Positions 8,298 to 17,790 of a stretch of 47,932 nt of DNA are shown here, in pieces. Position numbers and translations under genes: made by a program. Origin of the DNA: a virus (taxonomy: Duplodnaviria > Caudoviricetes); IMG/VR virus record IMGVR_UViG_3300005739_000007, positions 1-47,932 of that record. One strand, 5' to 3'. How positions within the stretch are numbered: position 1 is the first letter of the stretch; every line of letters begins with the position of its first letter. The notes beneath the pieces are model-generated. The model was given only the letters and a program-made list of their open reading frames with translations, was not told where the DNA came from and did not search any database.

Positions 8298-9203
8298 ATG
8301 CAAAATTTATTATTACCAGACTCTCAAGTAATTGAAACTGGAGACATTCAAACATTATCAGATACAATTAATTGGGGGTTAATTGATGTTGATATTCCAA
8401 AATTATGGGAAAAAAATAAAGGTGATAATATTAACATTATGGTGTGTGATACCGGAATTACAGACCATGTAGATTTAATAGATAATATTTTATTTGATAA
8501 AGCAATTAGTTTTATTGAAAATGAAGATTTTACTGATGGGCAAGGGCATGGAACAGCCGTTGCTGGTATAATAGCTGCAAAAGAATCAGGTTTTGGTGTT
8601 GTTGGGGTAGCTCCTAATAGTAAAATAATACCTGTAAAAGTTTTACCAAAAAATAGTTTTAGTAGTATAAAGAGTTTAGAACAATCTTTAGAATATGCAT
8701 TAAAAATAAAACCTGATATTATAAATATGTCATTAGGCGGCCAATATCCACAAAGTGAATTATTTCATAATTTATTAAAAGAATTATATCATTTAAATAT
8801 TCCAGTTATTTGTGCAATGGGGAATTTTGGTAAAAATTATTCTTGTTATCCAGCCGAATACCCAGAAACAATAGGGGTTACATCTTATGATAAAAATAGA
8901 AATATTTCAAACTTTTCCTCTTATAGTCAAGATGCTGATTTTGCATTACCAGGGGAAGAACTTCTAACCACATCTCTAAAAAATAGATATGCTATTGTCA
9001 AAGGAACTAGTTTTTCTGCACCATTCTTATCTGGAATCATAGCTATTATTTTAAGCGAAGCAAAGAAAAAAAATATAAATTATACTATTTGTCAGTTAAA
9101 AGAATTACTTATAAAAAGCTGTAAAGATTATGGTGACCAAGGTAAAGATAATGCTTTTGGGTATGGTATAATAAACATTGCTCTTTTAGATAATTTAATA
9201 TAA
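8298..9203 (+). CDS. Subtilisin-like serine protease (peptidase S8), no signal peptide
   Basis: Triad motifs CDTG, GHGTAVAG, GTSFSAP; INMSLGG; AMGN oxyanion Asn. Confidence 0.93.
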   Translation: MQNLLLPDSQVIETGDIQTLSDTINWGLIDVDIPKLWEKNKGDNINIMVCDTGITDHVDLIDNILFDKAISFIENEDFTDGQGHGTAVAGIIAAKESGFGVVGVAPNSKIIPVKVLPKNSFSSIKSLEQSLEYALKIKPDIINMSLGGQYPQSELFHNLLKELYHLNIPVICAMGNFGKNYSCYPAEYPETIGVTSYDKNRNISNFSSYSQDADFALPGEELLTTSLKNRYAIVKGTSFSAPFLSGIIAIILSEAKKKNINYTICQLKELLIKSCKDYGDQGKDNAFGYGIINIALLDNLI

Positions 9204-9204
9204 A

Positions 9205-9828
9205 TTAATAACCAAAAGCTTTTAAAGCATATTTAAAAGGTTTATGTTCAATCATTTTAACACTTTGAACCATTTTTTGAGCTACGTCTCTAATTTCTTT
9301 TTGAGCATGCTCACTATCACGTAATTTTAAAAAATTAGCAAAACTACGCATATTAAACATAATATCAGCTTCTATTTGTGTATTATATCCTCTGAAAAAA
9401 CGAGCGCTTTCTTTTGCGCGCTTACGATCAATCCCATGAACATGAGTTAAACTATTAATACATTCATGATATAATTTTAAACCTTGTTCTGTATGTGTTT
9501 TAAGTTTTTCTATCCATTCTGTCGGCCAATCATGCGGAGTATAATATTTATCTTCTTTTAGTTCTTTATATCTTGCGGATTCAGCATTTATACTAGAGAT
9601 TCTATGCTTAAGAAGATGAATGTGTGTGGCAATATCAGTATTTACTAAAAAATGAACGACACCTTTTTCAAATGGAGTTTCATGACCATTTGACCAAAGC
9701 ATGTTAATAAGATTTTCAATACGCCCACGTTTTTCTTCATTTAAATCTCTTGATGTAGAAGTCCACGCTGAACAAGCAATAATTTCATCTGAACCATAAT
9801 ATCCAAGAAGTTCTACACGATTATCCAT
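9205..9828 (-). CDS. thyX: FAD-dependent thymidylate synthase ThyX (KHR variant)
   Basis: GHETPFE, LLKHRISSINAESARY, KESARF, NMRSFANFLKLR..EHAQKEIR. Confidence 0.88.
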   Translation of the reverse strand: MDNRVELLGYYGSDEIIACSAWTSTSRDLNEEKRGRIENLINMLWSNGHETPFEKGVVHFLVNTDIATHIHLLKHRISSINAESARYKELKEDKYYTPHDWPTEWIEKLKTHTEQGLKLYHECINSLTHVHGIDRKRAKESARFFRGYNTQIEADIMFNMRSFANFLKLRDSEHAQKEIRDVAQKMVQSVKMIEHKPFKYALKAFGY

Positions 9829-9836
9829 AAGATATT

Positions 9837-9865
9837 ATTGTATTTTTAAATGAATAAAAATTCAA
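9837..9865 (-). promoter_or_regulatory. sigma-70-type promoter TTGAAT-17-TACAAT, 8 nt before the thyX ATG
   Basis: Read directly from the sequence. Confidence 0.65.
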
Positions 9866-10521
9866 GACTTATCTTTATTTGGTTCAAATTGATAAAAATA
9901 TAATTCTTCATCACCGGCAAACCAACGACTCCCAGTTTGTTCACAAGAAAATTCTTTACTAAAAACTTTCCATTTCTCGTGACCTTTTAATTCTTTGCCA
10001 ATAAATGCGCCACCATCACGCCAAACAATACGATTTCCAGGTTGAAAAAAGAATTGACCACCTTTACCTATTAAAAGATGCCCCTGTTTATGACCGCCTG
10101 GATTTTCACTCTGCCCTGTTTGATGTTGCGGACCATAAGCCCAATCAAAAGTCATTAGATACGTAGCATCATGCCATTCACGATTTTTTAATAAAATTTT
10201 ACAAGCACTATTTTTAAGGTATTCATACCTATTAACAGTAACATATGGTGAGTAACAATCCCATAATTCGAGCCAGTCAAGCGGAAAATTAGTAAGATCT
10301 TCTTCTGGTAATTTATCTGTTAAATAATGAATTGGTACACGAGCATGAACGCTACCCATATCAGTCATTACGGAAAATAAGGCGCAACGTCTATTTAAAG
10401 AAGTAAATCCAAAAACTTCTACAATTATAAACTCATTCGTAGATCGTGGTTCTTTATCATATAAAAAACTTGTATCTAAATAAGCAGAAAAAATAGGTAT
10501 ATCTGTATTAATATAAGCCAT
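9862..10521 (-). CDS. Conserved-looking phage hypothetical protein
   Basis: 219-aa ORF with RVPIH, LELWDCYS, TFDW, HKQGH, QPGNR motifs; function unknown. Confidence 0.75.
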   Translation of the reverse strand: MAYINTDIPIFSAYLDTSFLYDKEPRSTNEFIIVEVFGFTSLNRRCALFSVMTDMGSVHARVPIHYLTDKLPEEDLTNFPLDWLELWDCYSPYVTVNRYEYLKNSACKILLKNREWHDATYLMTFDWAYGPQHQTGQSENPGGHKQGHLLIGKGGQFFFQPGNRIVWRDGGAFIGKELKGHEKWKVFSKEFSCEQTGSRWFAGDEELYFYQFEPNKDKS

Positions 10522-10525
10522 TTAT

Positions 10526-10531
10526 GTGTAA
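10526..10531 (+). promoter_or_regulatory. GTGTAA motif in a short divergent intergenic region
   Basis: Upstream of ATG 10555; the opposite strand reads ATGTATATATAAT toward the gene starting at 10521. Confidence 0.5.
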
Positions 10532-10554
10532 TATATTATATATACATTTATATT

Positions 10555-10893
10555 ATGTTAATTTCCAAGAAAAATAATAAAAAAGTTGTTCCAAATAACC
10601 CAAAACCAGTTCAATTATCAGATTTTTTATCTTTTGATAATATATGGAAATTGGCAATTTTGGCATTTATGATTGCAAGTTTATACTTACAAAATAATTT
10701 TATTACAAAAGCCGAATATCAAAAAACTTCTGAAAAAGTACAAAGAATTGAGCTTATTCTTGGGCAATTAGAAATTAAAAATCAAGTAGACCTTTCCCAA
10801 ACAAAAACACTAGAACTTATTGAAATAAGGTTAAGGCAGTTAGAGCAAATGGTTGCTATTTTGGAATCAAGGCGAAATGAAAAAAGGAACTAA
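10555..10893 (+). CDS. Single-TM plus coiled-coil protein (holin/lysis-like candidate)
   Basis: IWKLAILAFMIASLYL TM followed by a heptad-rich tail. Confidence 0.55.
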   Translation: MLISKKNNKKVVPNNPKPVQLSDFLSFDNIWKLAILAFMIASLYLQNNFITKAEYQKTSEKVQRIELILGQLEIKNQVDLSQTKTLELIEIRLRQLEQMVAILESRRNEKRN

Positions 10894-11089
10894 AAAAACA
10901 ATTAAGATAATGGTTAATTCAATGTTAGTTGTTTCTATGATATTGTTAACTATTTCTTTTTGTCTTTTTTCTGCTAGAATGGGTTTTGGTTTTAAAATGG
11001 AACCGCCATTCTGCTGGGCCTCATTTTTACAAATGGGTCTTCTCATGTTAACTAGCTGGGCTTTTAATAAAGAATTATTTTACTATTAA
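10877..11089 (+). CDS. Small 2-TM membrane protein (holin-like candidate)
   Basis: Basic N-terminus MKKGTKK and two hydrophobic helices. Confidence 0.55.
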   Translation: MKKGTKKTIKIMVNSMLVVSMILLTISFCLFSARMGFGFKMEPPFCWASFLQMGLLMLTSWAFNKELFYY

Positions 11090-12117
11090 AAATAGGTAAT
11101 ATTCCCAACTTGTTTAAGGGCATGATTAATCATGCGTATATCGTCTTTATTAACAGATTTTAATTTAGAAATTTCTTCAAGTGCGGGTTTAAAGTAAGGC
11201 GCATGATCTAAAATAAAAGTTTTAAAATGCGCGTCACTAAAAAATAATGATGTAATACGTTCATTATCAATAGTTGGTAAGAAAAATTTTAAATAATCTT
11301 CTTTTCTTTTGATGATCGGTAAAGCAGCTTGAAAATTATTTTCGTCTTCAAAAAATTGTTGAGCTTTTTTTGCATCTTTTAGTTTAAAAAGATTTTTAAT
11401 TTTATCTTCAAGACTACCGAGTTTAAGAGTTGCTATTAGTTTAGTTGGATTTGTTTCAAGAGGAAGTACATCAAATACATCTCCACCTTCTTTATGTATC
11501 TCAAGTGCATAATCAAGTCTACGTGGAGACACTAATTTTTTAGCTTTATCTGGCATACCATTCCACCACTCAAGAGCAGATTTTGCCCAATCATGATCAA
11601 ATTTATTTTGAAAATATTCAATATCAGGAATAAATGGAACTTTAATTCTAATCTGGAAGCGGTCTGTTTGCGCGCCATCAAGTTCTTCTACATCATATTC
11701 TTCTTCATCATCATTTGGATTGATAGCTGCCCATACAACTTTGAGGTTAGGAAATTTACGCCCATTAATACTTTTAAATTGAATAAGCTCCATTGTGGCA
11801 TTACGAATTTTTTTATGGCTACGATTGTATTCATCAATAAAAATAGCTTCTACTTTATCATCCGCCATTTTTTCAGGGAGAACGAAAGAAAGAACATAAT
11901 CATTTCCTTTTTTAATTTCTTTAGGAACCCCAACAAAATCTACCCATGGATCAAGAGTTGATCCCGAAAAATATAGCCAATTTTTACAATTTTTATTAAA
12001 AATTTCTGTGACAAGACTCGTTTTACCTGTTCCATGGCGACCTTCAAGTAATACATTTTTACGGATTTTAAAATATTGGTCTAGTTTATTTTTAATTGTA
12101 TTAATATCATTAGCCAT
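11086..12117 (-). CDS. MoxR-like AAA+ ATPase
   Basis: GRHGTGKT, IFIDEYNR, WAAINP, DRF, SPRR sensor II. Confidence 0.88.
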   Translation of the reverse strand: MANDINTIKNKLDQYFKIRKNVLLEGRHGTGKTSLVTEIFNKNCKNWLYFSGSTLDPWVDFVGVPKEIKKGNDYVLSFVLPEKMADDKVEAIFIDEYNRSHKKIRNATMELIQFKSINGRKFPNLKVVWAAINPNDDEEEYDVEELDGAQTDRFQIRIKVPFIPDIEYFQNKFDHDWAKSALEWWNGMPDKAKKLVSPRRLDYALEIHKEGGDVFDVLPLETNPTKLIATLKLGSLEDKIKNLFKLKDAKKAQQFFEDENNFQAALPIIKRKEDYLKFFLPTIDNERITSLFFSDAHFKTFILDHAPYFKPALEEISKLKSVNKDDIRMINHALKQVGNITYF

Positions 12118-12123
12118 ATCAGT

Positions 12124-12151
12124 ATTATAAGATAATTTGTATTAAAGTCTA
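12124..12151 (-). promoter_or_regulatory. sigma-70-type promoter TAGACT-16-TATAAT, 6 nt before ATG 12117
   Basis: Read directly from the sequence. Confidence 0.6.
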
Positions 12152-13387
12152 TTCAAAATTTTTAAGTTCATGGACTTTACAGCCTTGTGGAATATATGCT
12201 GTTGTACTATCATTTGTTAAAAACCAATTCCATTTTTTTCTTTGATCTTCGGGAATTTGTGCTCCATAACCCCAGCCATCAGTAAGAACCCATACAAAAG
12301 GTTTAGTTTTTTTATTGTTATAAATATAGTCTGTGATACAACGAAAACTCGTACCACCACCACCATCAAGTTTTTGTTTTTTTAGATCTACTTCGTAAAC
12401 TTCGGTATCAAATGCAAAATATTTAACATCAAATTTTTCTGGATCAAGGCTTTTCGCCGCTTGAAAAAATCGTGGGGCTAAACCCCAACATGAACCACTT
12501 GTATCCATAAAAAACCAGGTGGCAACTTTTTCACTTTCAGTTTTTCTTAATGTTTGTTCAATATCAGATGGGAGAAATATATTAAAATTTAAATTATAAA
12601 GACGACGATCTTTCATTATCCAATGTGATTCTAATCCCTCATCTTTTGACATTTTCTTTTCAAAACGCCTAATAACACTTTCCCATTTCTTTTTATATTG
12701 TACTGGTTTATTTTCAATTTTTTGAATTAATCCGCCACGAACATTTCCGATATTTTTATTTTCATTTTTGCGCGCATTTTTTTCCGCATCTTCAGTAATA
12801 TTTTTAAGACTTTCGGCATCTTCTTCAGAAAGATTGTTAATAATTTCTTGGACAGATTGCTCTGGAAAATCTCCAAGACCATTATGATCATTAATAAGAC
12901 GTTTATTCTTTACAAATTTTGCGTCTTTTAAAAGTCTATTATAATAATATTCAAAGTTATTCCAAGGAAGAATATTAGGATCACCATCAAAAGAGTTATC
13001 TAACCAATAATATTCTGTTTTGGGATCTATTTCTTTACGATTAAATCTAAAATATTTAACAAGACTTTCGTTAACAACAATATCCATAGCTTGGTTTGCC
13101 AAGTCTGACATTTTTTTGCCAGCACGTTTTCCATGTGAATTAATAACATGTAGACATTCATGGGCTATAATAAATTTTTTATTATGATCTGATTGTTTAT
13201 CCCAGAATTTTTTATTAATTAAAAATTCAATGCAGCTACCTTCTTTATTAAAGCCCACGCATGCAGTAGGAACAGCATTACTATAAATAGGCTTAACCAA
13301 ACGCCAAAATTGATAAAATACTCCATGATGCTCAAGAAGAGATTCCAGAATTTGTCTGTATTCTTCATATGTAAGATTTTTATTCAC
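12149..13387 (-). CDS. DUF2201-like metallopeptidase plus VWA-domain protein (MoxR partner)
   Basis: PTACV, IAHECLHV..H, N.AMD..VN in the N-half; MIDAS DTSGS, GGGTSF, LTDG in the C-half. Confidence 0.88.
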   Translation of the reverse strand: MNKNLTYEEYRQILESLLEHHGVFYQFWRLVKPIYSNAVPTACVGFNKEGSCIEFLINKKFWDKQSDHNKKFIIAHECLHVINSHGKRAGKKMSDLANQAMDIVVNESLVKYFRFNRKEIDPKTEYYWLDNSFDGDPNILPWNNFEYYYNRLLKDAKFVKNKRLINDHNGLGDFPEQSVQEIINNLSEEDAESLKNITEDAEKNARKNENKNIGNVRGGLIQKIENKPVQYKKKWESVIRRFEKKMSKDEGLESHWIMKDRRLYNLNFNIFLPSDIEQTLRKTESEKVATWFFMDTSGSCWGLAPRFFQAAKSLDPEKFDVKYFAFDTEVYEVDLKKQKLDGGGGTSFRCITDYIYNNKKTKPFVWVLTDGWGYGAQIPEDQRKKWNWFLTNDSTTAYIPQGCKVHELKNFE

Positions 13388-13668
13388 GAAAATTCTTTTT
13401 CGGCAGCTTTTTTAAGCTCTTCTGCGTCAGAATAATATCCTGCGTTAGCTAATACATGGGGGGTATACACAACTAAATAATCATCTTCACTTTGCATCTT
13501 ATTATGATGAATTATAAGAATTGCTCCGAATTCAATATCTTCATCACCTTCAAGTGAATTAATAAGATTTTCAACGCATTGGGTAGCCATTTCTGTTGGA
13601 TTCGAGTCAATACTGGCTTTAATACTTTTTTGCCAATTGACTCCTTCTACTGTCCATGTTACTATCAT
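13384..13668 (-). CDS. Hypothetical acidic protein
   Basis: 94-aa ORF, ATGA-coupled to the VWA gene. Confidence 0.7.
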   Translation of the reverse strand: MIVTWTVEGVNWQKSIKASIDSNPTEMATQCVENLINSLEGDEDIEFGAILIIHHNKMQSEDDYLVVYTPHVLANAGYYSDAEELKKAAEKEFS

Positions 13669-13677
13669 ATATTCAAT

Positions 13678-13706
13678 ATGATAGAACTATTTTAATTACA
13701 AGTCAA
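13678..13706 (-). promoter_or_regulatory. sigma-70-type promoter TTGACT-17-TATCAT, 9 nt before ATG 13668
   Basis: Read directly from the sequence. Confidence 0.7.
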
Positions 13707-13712
13707 CTAATA

Positions 13713-14594
13713 TTACCAAGCTTTACAAGACCAATATCTGGCTTTCCATTTAGGGCCAGGATTATCACAATTATGTCTTGCACGAAAACTTTTTCTACGC
13801 GAAGGAATATTTTTCTTTATTTTCATATTCGGATCACCGAATCTTACAATAACAACATTTCCACTTTGATTTTTAGTATATACTGCAAATTTTTTAGGGC
13901 CACCTGGGGTTCTAAATGGTTTATTAAGAGTCACTTTACGACCTTGATATTCAGCACCTTGAGCTTTTTTCCAAGCTTCTGGTGATGGACGATCTTTATC
14001 TCCAGGTTTTGCTGGTTTATAATTTTTTCCCTCTCTTTTCTTTTTGCGTCTTATATTTTCCCAAAGTCCAGGTCTTTGTTTGGCGATATCGTATTCTAAA
14101 ACATCTAATTCATCAAAAGCGACTTCTTCTGCGGTTACATATTCATTTTCTTCTGGAATATAAAGATTATCAACCGTAAGATCTTCTCCTGAAGCATCAA
14201 CTTCAGATTCTTCCATTTCTTCATCGTTTTCTTGAACAAACATTACATAATTATGAATAGTAAGCATGTAATCTTCTGTAATTGCAATTTTACCTTGTAA
14301 CCAAGATTCGGTTAAGTTTTCTTTAACCATAGGATCATTTAAAGATTCCAAAATATTATCTGCATGTTTTTTAATTGAGTTTATAGAACCTACAGACATT
14401 TCATAAAAATCATTTTTATATTCTTCCAAACTTTCAGAGGCATCAAGACTCGCATTTGCTTTTTTAAATTGAGAGTAACAAACGGCAGCGCGTTGTTTTT
14501 GATCGGGAAACTCTTTATTCATCGTTTCATCTCCCATGCAACGTGAAACGAAATCACCTTGTTTCTCTGATTTTTTAGGATTTGGAATTGGCAT
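13713..14594 (-). CDS. Modular phage protein with acidic spacers and a basic C-terminal domain (VRFGDP...RRKSFRARHNC...ARYWSC); possible internal head protein
   Basis: Four distinct short modules; the C-terminal motif is familiar from large-phage hypotheticals; preceded by GTGTAA. Confidence 0.7.
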   Translation of the reverse strand: MPIPNPKKSEKQGDFVSRCMGDETMNKEFPDQKQRAAVCYSQFKKANASLDASESLEEYKNDFYEMSVGSINSIKKHADNILESLNDPMVKENLTESWLQGKIAITEDYMLTIHNYVMFVQENDEEMEESEVDASGEDLTVDNLYIPEENEYVTAEEVAFDELDVLEYDIAKQRPGLWENIRRKKKREGKNYKPAKPGDKDRPSPEAWKKAQGAEYQGRKVTLNKPFRTPGGPKKFAVYTKNQSGNVVIVRFGDPNMKIKKNIPSRRKSFRARHNCDNPGPKWKARYWSCKAW

Positions 14595-14603
14595 ATATAT
14601 AAT

Positions 14604-14609
14604 TTACAC
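14604..14609 (-). promoter_or_regulatory. GTGTAA motif
   Basis: 9 nt before ATG 14594. Confidence 0.55.
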
Positions 14610-14625
14610 CTAAGAATTTGATAAT

Positions 14626-17160
14626 TTACTTCAAATCTCTCATATTTTTATATATTTTACAGTCCTGTTTAACAATCTCATCTGCAAAAATAGCATCTGT
14701 TCCTTTAAGACGACCTTTGACAATAACAATATCTCCTTCTTCTGGAAATGTTCCGCCATTTTTAGCTTTACAATCTTCGAATAATCCGAATCGACCATCA
14801 AAAAGAAGCACCGAAATTTTACCAGTATCATCAGCCAGATTAGCTTTAAAAAATTTATTGCCATTTCTAGATTTAGATTGTCTTGGCGGTTCAATAATTT
14901 CACCAATTAATAGCACTCTATCATCTTCTTCTTTTGTTTCAAAAGCATCTTTAATAGTAATAAAATTATTATTACCTTGTTTAAATATATTTGTAAGGTT
15001 TTGACTATAACTAAAACCCAAACAATTCTTCTCATAAAAGTAATTAGTCAATGCTTCATTGCGACTATTCAATTCAAATATCTGTCTATAAGGCATATAT
15101 TTTTTCTTAAATGTTTCAAACCGTGATTCTTTAATTTGTTTTTTATCGACAAGTAATTGGATAATACTAAGAATATTTTTTACTTCTCCTTCGTCGTGTA
15201 GAGTTTTTACTAAACGTTTTTCTTTATCCGTAAGAAGATTAAAAGCTTGGGCTTGCAATACTAGGTGTGGCCTTGAAGATCCAAGGTCATCCAAAGATCC
15301 AGCTTGAATTAGGGCAGAAAGAATACCAATATTTAATCCAGCCTGTTTAGCCGCCAAGAAACAATCAATCTTATTATCATACTCTCCACGAAACTTAATA
15401 AGTTTTTCAATAGAACTATCTGAAACACCTTTAATAGCACTTAAACCATATCTAATATTTTCTCCTTCTACTGTAAATCCTATGTCTGACTTCAATAAGC
15501 TCGGTGGAAGCAATTTTATATTAAAATGCGGTAGCTCTCGCTCTATCTGCCTGATCTCTTCCATTGGGTCAGGAAGCTTCTGAATCGCATTAAGGCAAGC
15601 CGTAAAAAACTGAAGCGGATACTTATATTTAAGATAAACTGTCAAAGCCCCAAGATAAGCCACACAATATGAGTGTGATTTATTGAATGAGTAGTCAGCG
15701 GAATCCAACATGACTTTCCAAATAGCTTCTGCAACTTGTTCACCAAAGTTATTCTTTTCACAGATTTCAAAAACTTTGTCTTTCCACTTTGGCATTTCGT
15801 CACGCTTCTTTTTACCAATAATACGGCGAATATATTCAGATTCATCTGGAGTGAATCCAACTGTAACAAGAGCTTGAATTAATTGTTCTTGATAAAGTGG
15901 CAGATTACGAGTTTCTGCAAATACTGGCGCTAATTTTTCATGTGGAGCTTCTCCAGTAAAATTAATATAATCTTTTTCATACGCCAAAGCCCCAGGTCGG
16001 GCGATAGCATTTACGTCACTCAAATGTGCAATATTGGCTGGACGAATATTTTTACAAACACGATACGCGCAATCAGCACTAATTTGATAAAGACCATATG
16101 GTAGCAAATCTTCACGTTGAAGATGTGTATATACCTCTTCATTATCATCAAGATTAATATCTTCAAATTTCTCCGGAATTAATTCAAATACATTTTTAAT
16201 AATCTCATTACTAATAAGACCAAGAAGATCAAGTTTAATTCCAAACTTGGCCGCAGTATTCATTTCATATGAAATTGCAAGTTCGCCTTCTTTATTAATT
16301 TCTACTGGAACAAATTTATCAAGAGGATAGTAAGAAATAAAATATCCACTAGCATGTGTTGATTTGCCACGAATAAGGCCACGCAGTTTCAATGCAATTT
16401 GATAAGTTTCTGGATAACGATCCGCCCAATCACGAAACTTTTCACTATTTTTATAGGCATCTTCAATATCCTCAACCACTCCAAAATGTTTACCAATAGT
16501 ATCGGCTAAGTGGCTTGCATCTTCCTCGCTTGCTTCATTGACAATTTTATAAACATCTTTTACAAGAATTTTGCCAGAAAAAGTCGAAACAGAAGAAATC
16601 TTGCAAACTTTATTAGGATAACATTTCTTAAGCCATTCAATAATTTGATCACGAACCCCACCTAAATTAATATCAACATCTGGAGCAAGATCACCTTGAA
16701 TATAAGTAACCCCATCAATTATTTCTTTCTTGGCACGGGTTTTAGAAATAAAACGGGTAAAGAAAAGATTTTTATCAACAGGATCTACGCCAGTCACGCC
16801 GATCAAATAGAAAATTAAACTACCGGCCGCAGAACCACGACCCCAGTCAATAAAAGCTCCAAGTTGGCGAGCTTTATGAATAACGCGCCAAACAAGAAGA
16901 TAATAGTCAATAAAACCAAGATCTTTTACAATTTCAAATTCTTCTTTGATACGATCAAGATAGGTTTGTTTTTTCTTTTCTGGAATTTTATCACGAAACT
17001 TCTTCCAGCCTTCATTTACGAGTTGCTGAAGAAATTGTTCATTACTCTCGGCTTTTTCGGCCAACAGTCCTTTTTCTTCTTTTGTAAAATGAATATTTGG
17101 CAATCTTACCAGATTGACGTTCTTCATTTCAATGTTTTTAAATTGTTCTAAAAATTTCAT
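14626..17160 (-). CDS. dnaE: DNA polymerase III alpha subunit (family C), catalytic part lacking the PHP domain
   Basis: GRGSAAGSL, PDVDIN, HASG, KLDLLGL, YQEQ, YSFNKSH, IRYGLSAIKGV (HhH), C-terminal OB fold. Confidence 0.95.
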   Translation of the reverse strand: MKFLEQFKNIEMKNVNLVRLPNIHFTKEEKGLLAEKAESNEQFLQQLVNEGWKKFRDKIPEKKKQTYLDRIKEEFEIVKDLGFIDYYLLVWRVIHKARQLGAFIDWGRGSAAGSLIFYLIGVTGVDPVDKNLFFTRFISKTRAKKEIIDGVTYIQGDLAPDVDINLGGVRDQIIEWLKKCYPNKVCKISSVSTFSGKILVKDVYKIVNEASEEDASHLADTIGKHFGVVEDIEDAYKNSEKFRDWADRYPETYQIALKLRGLIRGKSTHASGYFISYYPLDKFVPVEINKEGELAISYEMNTAAKFGIKLDLLGLISNEIIKNVFELIPEKFEDINLDDNEEVYTHLQREDLLPYGLYQISADCAYRVCKNIRPANIAHLSDVNAIARPGALAYEKDYINFTGEAPHEKLAPVFAETRNLPLYQEQLIQALVTVGFTPDESEYIRRIIGKKKRDEMPKWKDKVFEICEKNNFGEQVAEAIWKVMLDSADYSFNKSHSYCVAYLGALTVYLKYKYPLQFFTACLNAIQKLPDPMEEIRQIERELPHFNIKLLPPSLLKSDIGFTVEGENIRYGLSAIKGVSDSSIEKLIKFRGEYDNKIDCFLAAKQAGLNIGILSALIQAGSLDDLGSSRPHLVLQAQAFNLLTDKEKRLVKTLHDEGEVKNILSIIQLLVDKKQIKESRFETFKKKYMPYRQIFELNSRNEALTNYFYEKNCLGFSYSQNLTNIFKQGNNNFITIKDAFETKEEDDRVLLIGEIIEPPRQSKSRNGNKFFKANLADDTGKISVLLFDGRFGLFEDCKAKNGGTFPEEGDIVIVKGRLKGTDAIFADEIVKQDCKIYKNMRDLK

Positions 17161-17789
17161 ATCTCAATAGTTAAAATTTGTTTTTTGAAAATCTCAAGAC
17201 ACTTTTCATTATCATAAACAGCATCATGTGCTTTCAAATCATTGTATTCAATATCATAAAGTCCGCAAAGGTGTTTAACAGAAGTCTTAACGCCTTTTTT
17301 GACATAATGATACATTTGATATTGCCAAGCTGTACGATTTTCTGGAACCGTCTTCAATCCCATGTATATACCTTTTTGAATACATTGTATATCTAAAACA
17401 CGATCAAGGTATGAAAAATCTGATTTCAACCCTAGAAGTCGGCGCAATGTATTAATAACATAAACATCATAACCAAAAAGATTTGCACCAACAATTAAAT
17501 ATTCTGGATTATAAAGATAACTTTCAAAAAGTTCTAGAACTTCTTTAGGATCTTCAGATTTTTCTTTCCAATTATTATAATCAAAACGTGTAATTCGGGC
17601 GGCATCCGCAGACACATTAAGATCTTTCCAATAAAGCATATGATCTTCATTTTTAACAATTTTATGATCTTCATACACTAACCAAGAAAGTTGCCAAGGC
17701 CTGGCTAAGGCAAGCGCCAAAGATTCTGTCTCGGTGTCGAAAACAATATACTTTTGCTTTTTATTAAAACGTAAAAGATTACTTTGCAT
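17157..17789 (-). CDS. DEDDh 3'-5' exonuclease (DnaQ/epsilon-like)
   Basis: ExoI VFDTETE, ExoII N..GYD, ExoIII HDAVYD; ATGA-coupled to dnaE. Confidence 0.88.
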   Translation of the reverse strand: MQSNLLRFNKKQKYIVFDTETESLALALARPWQLSWLVYEDHKIVKNEDHMLYWKDLNVSADAARITRFDYNNWKEKSEDPKEVLELFESYLYNPEYLIVGANLFGYDVYVINTLRRLLGLKSDFSYLDRVLDIQCIQKGIYMGLKTVPENRTAWQYQMYHYVKKGVKTSVKHLCGLYDIEYNDLKAHDAVYDNEKCLEIFKKQILTIEI

Positions 17790-17790
17790 A

